A stretch of DNA of 64,000 nt from Psammoneis japonica (lineage: Eukaryota), in contig QPGO01000225.1 in the NCBI GenBank assembly GCA_008632985.1, positions 1 to 64,000 on the forward strand, given 5' to 3'. Shown here piece by piece: positions 13,664-26,947 of the stretch; the stretch's first letter is position 1, and each line of letters starts with the position of its first letter. Under the pieces are notes generated by a model, which saw only the letters and a list, made by a program, of their open reading frames with translations, did no database searches and was not told the origin of the DNA. A program made the translations under genes and the position numbers.

Positions 13664-16600
13664 ATTCTTTGGTCTTGTCTGCTTTTGCAGCATGTTCCAC
13701 AACTCCAGACACATCCTTTTGCTGCCAAAGACAGAGACAATGATTGGAGCAGCAGCGGTGATGTGCTCATGTGCTTCACAACTTGTTCCCTTTTCCACTG
13801 GGATGAAGTGTGCAGCCCTTTGTTTCAAGGTTGACACCTCAGATGGGTCAATGGCTGGCGGGCCAAACTTGGGTGCAGGTGATGCCATCATCTTCAAGCA
13901 AAGGGAAGTGGCAACTGGTTTGCCTTTGTGGGTCAAGAGCAAGATTCTGGTGAGGTTCTTGGAGCAAAAGAGCTCAGCATGGAGTTTGTCTTGTGTTTCT
14001 TTGGCTCAGAGGGTGGCAAGGGTGCTGGAAAGGGGGAAGTGATTGGAAGTTGCTCAAATCTTGTCATTGGCAGTGAGGCAGTGACTTGCAAGGGGGACTT
14101 GCTCCTGAAACTTGTTGAAGGTGTGGCACCTGCTGGCAACAGGGGCGGTGACATTGGGGGGCTTTCTGGACTTTGATGGAAACATTCTTGCTGCCACCAA
14201 GTTTGATGGTTGCAAACTTGGCATCTTCAGAAATGATTTTCTCAAGAAAGGAGCTTGTGCAGCAAAAGTGCTGCTGTGCCCCATGTTGTTTGGTGCCATG
14301 CAAAGGTGCCTTCTGGCACCACTGGAGCAGCAGCACTGAGTGATCCATGTAGCAACAGCCTTGACTTCTGCAGCAACCCATTTTGTTCTCTGGCGGCAGC
14401 AAATTTGAGCTCATTCAACTCCCAAATCTGCACGTGAGTTGATGCAGGGAGTGGCAGTTGGCTGACTCCCAAGGTGGGTTCACACAAGCAAAGAATTTTT
14501 CCATGATTTTCAAGCAGTTTTTGATGTGTGGCACTTTTCACCTTTGAGCTGACAGCCTCCACACATCTCTTGGTCAATGAGAAAAAAGGACCTCTTCAAC
14601 CTGTCTTGCAGCAAAGTGAAACATGGAGTTTTCTCTTTGCAACAGAGTGGAAGGCAGTGCAATGAGAGCTTCCACAAACTTGAAGCCAGGATTTTCCAAC
14701 TCCCCAGAGTCGCTGGTCAGAACAATCTTTTGAGATGGTGACAATTGCTTGCCCATGTTTTGAGGAGCTTGTTGCACAAAGGAGTCAAGCACTCTTGCTC
14801 AAAGAAGAGCTTTGACCCCCATTGCTTGCTTTGGAGCAACCCACACACTGTGGCAATCCTTCCTTGGAAGGGAGAGCAGGTTGCAGCTCCACATGAGATT
14901 GGCAAGAGATTGCAATGGACTGACCAGGCAAGCTCTCCAGCTCAAATTGCTTTGGCAACTGCAACCCCCTGACAAGAATGGCAAAGAAGGAAATTGAGCA
15001 CTGAAAAATGTTTTGCAATCCCGCAGCTCCTGAGCTGGTTTTCAACAATGGCTCCTCCAGTGCTGGCGTGCTGGTGCTGGTGGCTTGCATGGCAACAGTG
15101 ACTGGGACATTGAGGATGCTGTGAGAACAACCATGCTGCACTTGAAAGCAGAAAGGGTCCACTGTGATTTTGCAAGTTTGTGAATTTGGTCTTGTTGCTC
15201 ATGTTGAAAATTTGTTCATCTGCCTGCTGCACTTGATGAGCTGCAGCCCCCCACCCACCAGTTGACATCTGTTGGCTGGTCTGCCTTTCTTCCATGCACA
15301 TTGGCTGGCACATCTTTCAACTTCAAATTCTGCCTCCAAATTCTGCCAACATTTGAAGTCATGATGATCCTTCAGTCAACTGCCAATCCTCTGCCACCAC
15401 CTCCATCAGGGCCCACTCCTCCAAATTGCAGTGGCGCCAAGGCTTGCTCAGTCCTGCCATTCTGCCAACCACCATTCTTGTGACAAGAAGACTCCGCTGC
15501 ACATCAAGCAGGCTCTCCACAGAGAGGGATGGAGCAGACATTGTCAAATTTGGTGGCAACAATCTTCAGCTCTCCAAGCATTGCTCCAATGACCTTGATC
15601 AAGCTCATTTTGTGCAAGCTGTTTGCACTCCTGTCAAGGATCATCACAGCATGGAGAGTTCCTTTGTCATGCGCTTGGGTTCCATGGTTGTTGATCTCCT
15701 TGCTGTTGCCAAGAGCGGTTGCTTTTCCAATGTTGCTGCAGATTTCTGCACTGCAAGCATGATGATGTCACCCTGTTGCAGTCGGTTGCTGAGTCTTGAA
15801 CATCCTGTTGATTCAGGGAGAAGACCAAGGTCCAGTTCAGGCATGACAATCTGCTCCAGCATTGTCCTGGGCAGGCTCACATGACAATGGCAACAGATGC
15901 TTGCAACACATCTCCCATCCATGACACTGCACAAGCCGCCAAGGATCTTGAAGCTCTGTTGCAACAATCTGTCTGTCCCAGCAAAGATGTTTCCAAGTTT
16001 GCTGCTGAAGAACTTTGTCTCACCAAGCTCCTTTGATCCAGGCACATGTTGCCCATTGGATTTGGATTGGATGTCCTGAATCACAGTGAGGTCTGCAAAT
16101 GTTGGATGAGGTTTTGCTCATGAAACACAAGTGTTGCCTTGGCAGTCCCAAGACACTTGCCAGGGACTCTGACTGCAATGACCTGGGACCCACTGTGTGC
16201 ATGCATTGCACTCCTTCAACAACAGTGCTGGCTCTGCATTGCTGATGAGGATTGGCCTGGCTTCTTGACTGAGCTCCCCCCTCAGAGCCACAATGCCTCC
16301 AAAATCTGATGACAGCAGTGCCCAATGCTCCTGTGGAACCACAGCAGACCACTGGGCTGGCTGGCACAACCCCAGAAAAGTGTCCCAAGAATGTGGAAGA
16401 ACAACAGAAGCAAAAGAAAAAAGTGCCAGCAGTGATGGCAGACAAAAACAAATGGCGGCATCTCTCCTGCTGCTGCCAACACCTGCTTCCTGCATGTGCT
16501 GCTGCCATTGAAATTGCCCCTGCTGAGAAACAAGAGCCAAACTCAAGGAGTTGCTCACACCAACAGGCCCCGTTGTTGCACCCATCTAGAGGATCCCACC

Positions 16601-17499
16601 AAGCCCATTGTGAGCAAGTCTGGTTTGACCTGTTTCTGTGAAAAGTGCACTCTTTCAAGCACACTGGCGACACAGGGATGTGACATGCACAAATCACAGG
16701 AAACTGGACCACACTCACAAGCTGCCCAAGCAAGAGCAGCTTGTGGGTGACCTCACCTTCATCAACCATCAACAACCCATGCTCAGGCACCCACCTGGGC
16801 TGGCCACCCAGACTGCCTCAGATCCAACTGACTCACCCAGGGATGCTCCTGTTGGTGGCAAGGAACCAGTGTGAACTGGGCTTCATTGTGCTGCAGTCAA
16901 GTGTCCATCCCCTGCTGGCTCTGCACCAACTGCACAAGTCTGCTGCAAGCCAGCTCCTGCATCTCAGAGGGAGTTCACCAAGATTGTTGTCAAGAGACTG
17001 TTGAGCCTGAAGATGCTGGTGACTGCAGCATTGCTTCAGCAGCTGTGGCGACCTCTCTTGGGACAATGCTGGTGTCATGCTCCCCAACAAGGACCCTCCC
17101 ACAAGCCAGTTGGCACCTCCTTGACAACTCTGCTCTACCTGCCACAGAGCAGCACTGCATTGATGCCATGTCCAAGCCAAATCTGGCACCTGACGTGCTG
17201 CCTGGTGCCCCAAGCTTGCACCATCTTTGCCTGTGGCATCTGCTGAGGATTCTCTCCCCACCATGTCTGCCTGCTCAAATGTGCGCCCACCCTGTGTTGC
17301 CATCCCTGCCATGAGGGTGTCATTGCAAGCACAGTTGCTCCATGGCAATTTGTGCACAGTGGCTGGCCACACTCTTTCCCACCCCTTTCAGCCCTTTAAC
17401 TCCCCATGCTCTCAGCAGACTCACAATTTTGTCTCTGCTCTTGATGGCTGAGTTGACCTGTTGCCCAGTGTGCTCATCCAGCGCTGCTCTCTCAAGGCA

Positions 17500-19930
17500 T
17501 GACACAGCTCAAATGTGAGTTGGCGGTGCACTCAGACAGAGACAAGAATGACACACCCACTCTGCCTTTTGATCTTGCCAATTTGATGGAACTGAGTGAT
17601 GACAATGATTTTGTTGAGGTGTGCACACAGCCACCCACTGATCAGGAGTGCTTTTTGATGATGAGATGCTCCGCAACACTGACTGTTCTCCAGTCTGGAC
17701 ATCTTTGGTGCTTGAGGACAACAAGCTTGAGAGTGTCATCAAAACAAATCTTGAATGTTGTGGACTCAGTCACAAGTCAACCATGCCTGTTCTTCAAGGA
17801 TGAGATGATTTGAGTGGTCTGTGTTGATGATGCCAGTCATGCTGGAAAGGACAAAGGATCAAAGCCCTGGGGGTGCAAGATGAGAAACAACATCATGTGT
17901 TTGAGTTGCAAAACAAGCAAGAAGTTGACAATTTTCTTGGTGTCAAGATTTGCAAGACTGCAATGGCCCCAAGGAGTCCTGCTCACCCAGTCTGGCTTGA
18001 TTGGAAGGTTCTCAAGACAGCTGGTGCAGAGAATCACAGGTCAGCTTCCACTCCGTGTGCCACTGCTCCATGTCACAAAGATGAAAAAGCAGCCAAATTC
18101 AACAAGAGCTGCAATTGCCATGTTCCATTGTTGGTGTGTTGATGCATCTCATCAAGCTGCCCATTTTTCCTGCACTCCCAAGCACTCTCACATGGTTGGG
18201 GCAAGAAAACATCATGCTCCATGGCATTTGCAGGGTGCTGGGGACAAGGGACTCTGCCCATGCCCTGGTGACAACAAATGGATTGGCTGCTTTGTTGGTG
18301 CCAACTTTGCCAGCCTGTGCGGCCATGGGAAACTTGGGCTTGTCAGCAGATTGTCTGTGTGTGCCAGAAGATTGACTTTTTCACTGTGAAACCACTTGCT
18401 TTGAGCAATGAACACAAAAATGCTTTTAAGTGGGGCGCACTCCCTTGGCTGCAACAAAGAACACGGCAACACACACACACCACAAAATGCATTGAAAATC
18501 ACCTCTTCCAGTCTCTCCAACACACGAGGCAGCTCACATGTGAACCACCCTTGCTTGGCCTCAGCAGCACACCTGTGCAAAAAGTTGCAGAGCCAATTTT
18601 TTCCTGTTGGCCCCTTGGAGACACAGCCAGAGAAATCATTGTTGAGTGGTGACAACAAGAGACTGCTTGAATGAAAAAAAAAAGATCAGCAGGCAGCAGG
18701 GGTCAATCCTCTGAACCAAACAATTGATCTGCTGGCCCCATTTTTCCCACAATGACCCTGTGGACCTGACTGGCATCAAGTCTTGCACTGGGCACATGTC
18801 ATCTTGGGTCATGAGTGTCTTGTTCTGTGGGTTTTCATGCTGCAGATGCAGGTCATGCTTTCTGCTGTGGAGGCTGGCTCTGTTGGCTGTGATGCACATC
18901 AACTTAGCTCCAATTTGTGAAATTTTGAAAGGATTTCAGACTCACACATTTGGGGGCAAGAACTGCAAGACACCTGCCACTGCCAAATCCAGAGCCTTTT
19001 CAGATGCAAAGGAAGGCAAGATCCCATCCTTGATTGTGTGCAAGGACAGTCTGACCTCAAGCATGCCTCAACTTTGCAAAAATGACAAAACTGTCTCCTT
19101 GTGCAAAGCACATCAGCACTCCCTGCCGCTTGCTCTGCATGAAGGCAGAGGGAGGAGGCTCTTGAGATTCGTGGCGCTGAAGCTGATCCTTTCCAAGAAC
19201 GTGATGAGTGTTGTTTCAGCAACTGTGCAAGGTTTGTGCCACCCCACAGAGTCATGGCTGCCCACCAGCATGCCTCTTCCATCAGTGGTTTCTCTGGTGG
19301 CCCAAGTGCCTCCCACTCCACCTGCAGCACACCAACACAGCCTTCTCTGTGGCGTCACCAGCCCCTTCACTTTCATCTCTGCCCCAGGTGGAGCCTTCTC
19401 CAGGTCCTCTCTTGTCAGACTTGCCTCAGAGGGAGACAGCCCCACAGACACCACACAGTGCAAGGATCAGCCCTCTGTTGAAGCCCTCCACTCCCCAGAG
19501 CCTCTCTCTCATGGACCCAGCCAAGAGAGGGAGTTGCCTCAACCACTTGCACAGAGGAAGGAAATGCCTGCCACTCCTCCTCCCTTGCATTTGACTTGAT
19601 CTCATGCTCCTCTGCAGTGGCGTGGGCATGATGGATCCAAGGGATGTGGCCACTTGGCACACTTTGACAGCTGCATCCATGCACACAGGTTCAATCATGG
19701 GTGCTCCATTTCTGTGATTGCTCCCCAGGTCTGCAAGGCCACCACTTGCAAGAACAAGGATCCCAACATGCTGTCATGGGACAAAGCAATGCACCACCCC
19801 AGATCATGAGAAATGACAGCTGAACGTGTCCGCAGCAAAAATTGCTGCCCTTGGGCAACAAGACACATGGGCTGAGGTCCCTGCATCATCTGCTGAGTCC
19901 AGGATGCTCCTCCCTGGGATTGCTCAGCTT
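17500..19930 (+). mobile_element. Ty1/Copia LTR-retrotransposon pol remnants (RT/RNase H), degenerate and rearranged
   Basis: QPCLFFKDEMI*VVCVDDA (Copia DPCLF..YVDD), VDNFLGVKI, LTQSGLI, CFVGANFASL (YVDADFAG), DP..IKSCTGH (KSRTGY), and KDPNMLSWDKAM / KIAALGQQDTW from the RT N-terminus. Confidence 0.75.
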
Positions 19931-22258
19931 GAACATTCGAGACCAGGAAATGCAAAAAAAAACTCCAAAAATTGCCATCAAAGCAGTGATGAAATTGGAG
20001 CTGTTCTTTGTGAAGCACAAATTGGATGACAATGGAGACGCTCCCAACAGAGACACGCAGCTGGTGCATGAAAATCTTCTTGCAACCATCAGATGCACAG
20101 CTGTGATTTTGCCAATTGTAAAAAGTCTGTCAGTTGAAAATTTGGTGGCTGAACTTTCTTCAATTTGTTTTCATGGTGCAAGTTAAGAAGCAGGCAAGAA
20201 ACATTTGAGAGACAAGCATTGACCATCAGTCCATGAACAATTGTGAGTGTGGAAATCACTTTCAATTGCCTCCAACAGCAGTCGCGATGTCCTCTTGCAA
20301 GCAGCCCAGCTTTTGTTTCTTTTGCGATTCATTCTTGCAGGTCCTGGAACAAGACAAGGCATGCACTCTTTACACAAGGTGTGGGAATTAGTGGCACAAA
20401 GGCTCCTGACTTGTTGTCCACAACCCATGAATTGATGAGCAAGCACAAAGTGAAAAGCACTGTGCTCTGTCGAAACATGAGACCAAGGTGCATGAGATGG
20501 ATGTGAGTGCAGTCTCTCTTGAAGGTAACCTGGTCATCAGGGTTGCAGCACAATGAAGGCTCGTCATCCACAAGTGCCAGCCAGTGGCAAATGCCAAACC
20601 CACTGAGTGAGGTGCAGATCTGATGGAGCTTGATTGGAGCACAGCACCTTTGCTTCCAGAGAAGGACTGGCAGAGAAAACTTGACTGACGCAGAGAACCA
20701 TTGGAGTGTTTGACACCACATCGCCACTCAACACCTTCCTCAAGGCAAACCATGCTCTGCCCTTCAATTCCTTCCTGCATTGATCACAGAGCTGGAGCAG
20801 TGTGTGGTGACAAGCCAAGCATTGCCAAGCCAAGAGAGCTGAGAACCTTTGCTCCATGAGCACAAGCTTCCACACAGCCCACCATTTGTGGACAGCAACC
20901 CACTTTCTGGCCAGTGCATCAAAGTGGCAGCCAACAGCTGTCAAAGACTCTAAAAGGCGGCCCTTCTTGCTGCCAACAGCATCAGGTGAATTGGTTTCCA
21001 ACAAGCAAGTTGGGAGACCAGCCTCAGCGTCAACGCAAAGGTCCAAAGCATTGTTGCTGCTGACTTTCATGACAGCGCGGAGTTCAACATGTTGCGGACA
21101 ATCTGGGGGTGTGGCGCCCATCAATTCTTGTTGTCATGAGCGATGATCTGACAACTTCAGCTGCCAATGCTCTTCTCTGGGTGTCCGGCTGTGGCAACCT
21201 TGGTTGCGGCCGCCCGGTGCTCTCACGACACGGAGATGTTCCAGAAATGCCGTCAAGTTTTCTCTGACCAAGTGGTGCATCTGGCCATGAGAAGTGGAAG
21301 CATTGCCAGAAAACATCCACTCTGCACACAAGACTGAACTGGGTGGCATGTTCTCACCACAAAAATTTCCTTCAATGTGGCTGAACTTCAAGGGGGCTCA
21401 GGGTGGGAGTGAACGGGATGTGGCTTTGCCCAACGACAATGGCTGGATGGGATGAGCACTGCTTTGGGTTGAATGATCTGTCCATGGCTCTTGGCTTGCT
21501 TGCTGCAACTTGGCTTGGACAGTTGAAGCTGGTGGTTGATGCGGCCTTTTGCAAGCCATGCCGCTCTCATCATGAACGGTGCTTGAAGACATTCTTGCAA
21601 ACGAGAGAAGTGGCAAAAGCACAAGTGCCACAAGGTGCTTTTTGAGGATGTTGTGCTTGTTCTTTGTTCTTTGGGCCCTCACCCAATCAACCAACCACTG
21701 AGAGCCGCAAGATCCCACCCCCAAGAACTGGCCACTCTCCAACAGTGACGCAGCCTGGCTGCTGCTTTGCCTGTCTCCCAGTTTCATTGAAAGGCCACTT
21801 CAAAATCAACGCCAATCTGGGCAAGGACACACAAGTGTCTGTTGCTCCTGGGCTCCACTTCGTGAGCAGAAGCACCCTGCTGTGCGGCACTGTGCAGCAC
21901 GGCACTGCAGCGGGCGGCGGGCGCCAAATGCGCATTTTGAGACTTGGCATCTTCGCGATGTCTGGCGCCCTGCCCAGCGATTGGCTGCAGGGCGCTTTGC
22001 TGTCCCTGCGTCTCAGCACAGCTGTAGAAAATCGAGAAGAAGCTGCACTCATTTTGAGAAAGGACAGTCAGATCAAGATGTCAGCAGGGCTTGCCACGTA
22101 GACTCTACGTAGCACGCAGTATGTACACCCATCGCCCAAACAGTACATCGTTCACGCGCAGTATCGCGTAGATGTCAGCAGATCTGAGACCTTGCAGATG
22201 TCAGCACTTAGCACAGGCATGTTATGCCGTCTTATCAACAACAACACAAAACAGAATA

Positions 22259-23377
22259 ATGAGTCGCCACTGTATATCACAGTTAAGCTACACACTTGTA
22301 TTCTTGTTCTTTATAACGATGCTACAAGTTGAGAGTTTAGCAACAAGCTACAAGGCCGAGTGGATAGATCTTTCCAAGAGGAGAGAGAAGATCACTCCAC
22401 CCCGATCCGGACACGTTTCTTTTACGACAAATCAAGGTGACTTGTACGTCTTTGGCGGATACGTGGAAGAAAAAGAAGAAAACGGCGATGCTATAACTCG
22501 ATACGTCAAGAATGATTTGTGGAAGTGGAGTAGCAATCAAGGTTGGATTCCACAAAAAAACAGTGATGCTCCCAACCCACGGTTGGCGTCTGCCTGCGCC
22601 ATTTTACGAAACAAGCCCACCTTATTTGGTGGTTGGGATCCACAAACACCAGGAACTGGTGGAATTATTCTAGACGATATCGTGCAATTAGAGGATGGAA
22701 GCCAATGGAATACGCTGGAAAACATCAAACTACCCGACGGACCTACGAGTCGTCATGTCGCGGTTGCTTTGCACGACGACTGCGTTTTGTTGCACACTCA
22801 TCGCTGTACCAATCACGTTCTTGTCGTGACTACTGTAAATGAAAAGGGCAGTGGCGTGTCTATTAAGAAGCAAGCCACTACGGGTGACGCCCCCTCACCA
22901 CGTGGTTTGCATGCCGCCACGTTGATATCGAAAAACAAGCTACTCATAACGTGCGGAGCCGCACAGGATAGGACCATGTCCAACGAGGTGTTTGTATTAG
23001 ATACTTCCATATGGGAGTGGACACGTGTCGAAATGACCAATGCTGCTCCGTGTCCTCGTGCTTCGCCTTGTCTATGTACCGTACAAGATGGTGTTGCCGT
23101 ACTGTTTGGTGGTGCCAAACGCAAGAATGGTGGATTGGAAGGATGCAGCGACGTTTGGTTATTGTCCATGAATGATGAATCATGCCGCAGCGGCAAATGG
23201 GAATTATTGATCGAAAATGGAGCAGCTCCCGGACGCAATGCTGCCACCATGAATCGTATTCCCGCTCCATCATCCCACAAGAAGAACGACGGAGACTACT
23301 TTTTGCTTCAAGGAGGATGGGAACCCTTTCAAAAGACTTACAATGACAATTACGTGCTGCGTGTATACAAAGAGTAA
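22259..23377 (+). CDS. Kelch-repeat beta-propeller protein with probable N-terminal signal peptide
   Basis: Repeated kelch motifs PPRSGH..LYVFGG..NDLW, PRLASA..LFGGW, PSPRGLHAA, PCPRASP..LFGG..DVW. Hydrophobic N-terminus from the ATG at 22259 (upstream in-frame ATG at 22172). Confidence 0.9.
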   Translation: MSRHCISQLSYTLVFLFFITMLQVESLATSYKAEWIDLSKRREKITPPRSGHVSFTTNQGDLYVFGGYVEEKEENGDAITRYVKNDLWKWSSNQGWIPQKNSDAPNPRLASACAILRNKPTLFGGWDPQTPGTGGIILDDIVQLEDGSQWNTLENIKLPDGPTSRHVAVALHDDCVLLHTHRCTNHVLVVTTVNEKGSGVSIKKQATTGDAPSPRGLHAATLISKNKLLITCGAAQDRTMSNEVFVLDTSIWEWTRVEMTNAAPCPRASPCLCTVQDGVAVLFGGAKRKNGGLEGCSDVWLLSMNDESCRSGKWELLIENGAAPGRNAATMNRIPAPSSHKKNDGDYFLLQGGWEPFQKTYNDNYVLRVYKE

Positions 23378-23543
23378 GCAAGCTATACAATATTCTCTAT
23401 AGTTTTACGGTACATCACAGAAATAAAACACTAGATACAGTTTTAAAATAGATAGAACGGCCGAGTTCGCGACAAGCGTTCCACAGCCACTTATGAACCA
23501 CGTCCAATAGCGAGACACACAACACACTCGCTCCTTTACATAT

Positions 23544-25438
23544 TTATTTGAATTCCGCTCTCATGACAGATTCAATATCTTCACTGAGAATCAATTGAGG
23601 ATCAAACTCATCATCCTCTTCCATTTGCGCAATACGCATTCTCCTTCGCACTTGAGCACGGCATCCGGCAAATAGCATTTCCGCAACAGTCCCATTCCGT
23701 TCCGCCCTCCACCCCGACGTGGTTTCTTGTTCCAACAATTGCGAAATCATACTAACCGTCATACCCTCCTCCAAATCAAATCCCTTGGCGGCACACAAGT
23801 CACAATAAATCTGCGCCAATTCCAGACACGTATAATCGGGAAATTCAAACGTCAAGGTGAATTTGCGTCTCAAATTCTCATTGAGCGCCAAAAAGGTTTG
23901 CATCTCAGCGGGAAAGCCCGCCAAGACAATGAGTGGAAACGTGTCATCATCGTCGGGCCGTTCTTCCGTGGCTGCCACCAATTCGGCAATGGCATCCTTG
24001 CCGGTATCAAACTGGTTCCGCCGTGACGCCATGCCGAGTGTGTAGGCTTCGTCAATAAACAAAATTCCACCACGAGCCTCATCCAAGACTTCTCTCGTTT
24101 TCAACAAAGTCGAATTGCGATCCCGTCCCGTCAAATCCATGCGCTCCACTTCGAGAAATTTCGGTTTCCGCAACAATCCCAACTCGTGATAGGCCTTGGC
24201 CAAGAGGCGCGCCACCGCCGTTTTGCCCGTCCCGGGATTGCCGACAAACACCATGTGCGGTGCGTGTTGCTTTTCCCCCGCTTGAAAGCCCGGAGGCAAT
24301 TGGGGACCGCGGCCGGGACGTATATTAGCCGGCAAGAGCGAATCGCGCAAATCGGCAATTTCCGTCGCTCGGCGTAATCCACGCACTTGCGACTTGATGT
24401 GTTCCAAACCCACCACCGACGACAACAAATCTTCGACGCGATCGCGGGGAAGATTGGATTGAGAGGATGACGAAATTTGCTGTTGTACCGCCATGCGTCC
24501 ACCCCGGGCATCCCGAATCACTGTCGTTTGACGCTTCTTGACCGCTTCCAACAAAATGGCATCCGACTGCTCCGTTTTGGATTCGGAAAAGGCCAATTCC
24601 AATTCATTCGGATCCAATCCCGCCGTATAGAGCGCATGAGGAAAGCGATCCGCCAAACGCCGGACGGCCGCCAGTGCCAAGTGCAAATCCTTGTGTTGCC
24701 GTCCCCCGGCATCACCGAGCGCATTCAACTTGCGTTCGAGAGCATCGGCCCGTTCTTGATACTTTTCCGCCTTTTGCCTCCTCGTCAATTCGGGTGGTGG
24801 CGGACGTCCCTCCAACATGGCAATGACGGCTTCGGACGCACTCTCATCGGCCAATGCCAAATCGAGCGGCGTCATGCCATCGTCGTTTTGCAAATGCAAC
24901 GCGTCGGGATAGGAATCAATCAACGTCCGAACTACTTCGGGTGACGCTTGGTTGGATGCCGCCATGTGCAGTGCCAAACTACCGTATTGATTACGAACCG
25001 TGGCGCCTTCGGGATAACGTGATAACAACAATTCGACCGTTTCCAACGGAGCTTGCCACATGGCGGCTTGGTGAATGGGTAAATTGCCTGCGCCGTTGGG
25101 TTGAGACGCACCGCCGGGATACGCCTTGAGGAGGGCCTCAATGACATCTTGTGTGCCTTGAAAGGAACATGCCGCGTGTAACGGCAAATTGCCGCGTTCA
25201 TTCAAACGAGCGGCCTCTTCGGGAAATGAGGGTGAGACCTATATAAGGAGGAGAATCAGTGGGTAAGAAACTCGTTGCACGAAAAATCGCAACGCACTCA
25301 AGACAATTTCTTTTTTATCGATTGCTATTCTCTTCGCTCTTTAACAATACTTTTTCCGTTTTTGAAATTACACACCTTGCTTCGACTCAAAAGAGCACCA
25401 AAGCCCTTGCAGAGTTCATGGAGCGTCGTGTCCGTCAT
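23544..25438 (-). CDS. Ankyrin-repeat protein fused to a CbbX/SpoVK-family AAA+ ATPase
   Basis: Ankyrin repeats (GNLPLH, GNLPIH, GSLALH, GMTPLDLA), VVGLEHIK, Walker A HMVFVGNPGTGKT, Walker B GGILFIDEAY, FEFPDY. Proposed exon 1 at 25438..25376, with a phase-0 GT-AG intron at 25375..25239. Confidence 0.9.
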
Positions 25439-25878
25439 GGTGGTGGTGTGTCTCTTGTGTTCAACGTTGTTGGGCTTTTGTTTTCGTCAAGCGGGACTTT
25501 TTTCTCCTTCCACGGAACGTCACGGTGAAACAATGTTAATCAATAGATTTTAATATTGTTATTGAATAATTTTTCATACACCATGCGTTGAATACCGTTT
25601 TTTACTATCACATTTCTTTACATTCACAATGCCACGACCGTTGAGAAGCCTTGTTCAACGGCACAAGGAATATGAATATCAAATTCAGTCTTGTGGGATT
25701 GAATCCCACTCGTGTCTGAAGTGTACGTGGATTGAAAATTTTGGTATGGTAACTTATCTTTGCGTGCGCTCATCGTTCATGCATCACTCGCCGCCGCCAT
25801 GATGGTGTGAATGATACAACGCCATACACAATAGTCTCGTGTCTATTTCAAGATCCCTCCGTATTGTTGAGAATCATC

Positions 25879-26814
25879 ATGCCTCGTACACGTTTATGGA
25901 TTATTACGGGTGTTGTAGTGGCCGCAGTCATTGGAGCCATTGTCGCAATCGTGGTGGTTGTGACGCGTGATGATGACGATTCTTCGTCATCCAACAACAA
26001 CAAGTCAGAGCAAAGCAACGCTGCTGCGGGGAATAATCCAACCGTTTTTCCATCGTTATCTCCATCCATGACGACTCCATCCCATCCAATTACTACTACT
26101 ACTGTATCTCCATCTCCGCTACTACCCATTTCATCCACAAGCCCGACGGATTCACCGACATTTACAACATTCCTTGAACCGTCCATGCATCCTTCTTTGG
26201 AACCTACTGTTCAACTTGTTGTTCCAACAGGAGAGATACTGGTGGGCCAATCGATTGGATACGATTATTTTTATTGCAATGCACCACAAAATAACAACAA
26301 CAGTAACAAACAAATTGTCTTGTTGCATGGCGCTTCCTTTAACAAGCAAGTTTGGAAAAGCACAGGCATTTTGGATCAATTGTGTGATTCTCCAACAACA
26401 ACAGTCGTGGCTATGGATTTTCCCGTCAGTTCAGATCGGGCCGATATCGAGGTATTATTGGATGCTTTACAAGATGATGGCATGATTATCAAACCCGTCA
26501 TGCTGGTGACACCGTCGGCATCGGGATTTACCATTGTGGATTGGATTGTCAATGGGGACGTTTCGTATCTACCCGAATACGTATCGACATGGGTCCCCGT
26601 AGCGCCCGTGTCCCTGTCGCTGGCATCCGATGCTCAACTCTCGGCTTTGGTCTTGCCCATTTTGGCTATCTACGGGAATCGAGATTCGGGAGGTGAACGC
26701 TACAGTCGGCGGCTGGAGCAATTGGCGGGTGCGACCGTGGTCGAATTGCAAGGGGGACACGCGGTGTATCGGCAAAGTCCCAATGAGTTTGTAGAGGAAT
26801 TGATGAAATTTTAA
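25879..26814 (+). CDS. Membrane-anchored ABHD14-like alpha/beta hydrolase
   Basis: N-terminal TM helix, Ser/Thr/Pro-rich linker, VLLHGASF..W, VTPSASG nucleophile elbow, VPVAPV, LAIYGNRD, GGHAVY. Confidence 0.85.
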   Translation: MPRTRLWIITGVVVAAVIGAIVAIVVVVTRDDDDSSSSNNNKSEQSNAAAGNNPTVFPSLSPSMTTPSHPITTTTVSPSPLLPISSTSPTDSPTFTTFLEPSMHPSLEPTVQLVVPTGEILVGQSIGYDYFYCNAPQNNNNSNKQIVLLHGASFNKQVWKSTGILDQLCDSPTTTVVAMDFPVSSDRADIEVLLDALQDDGMIIKPVMLVTPSASGFTIVDWIVNGDVSYLPEYVSTWVPVAPVSLSLASDAQLSALVLPILAIYGNRDSGGERYSRRLEQLAGATVVELQGGHAVYRQSPNEFVEELMKF

Positions 26815-26947
26815 AAAAAGGGAGGAGATGGGAATGCAAGAGAAGAATGGATGCGGAGCTTATACGCCGCTCCGCTTATATCGTACAAGTACATTGGCTC
26901 TTGCTCTAAAGTTGGGAAGGATCTATTCGACAGGGGTTGTGAATATC

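Larger units (their letters stand above)
10650..22090. other. TpA/CpG-depleted hypermutated domain
   Basis: TA nearly absent, Tyr-free spurious ORFs, contains a Copia remnant. Confidence 0.85.
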
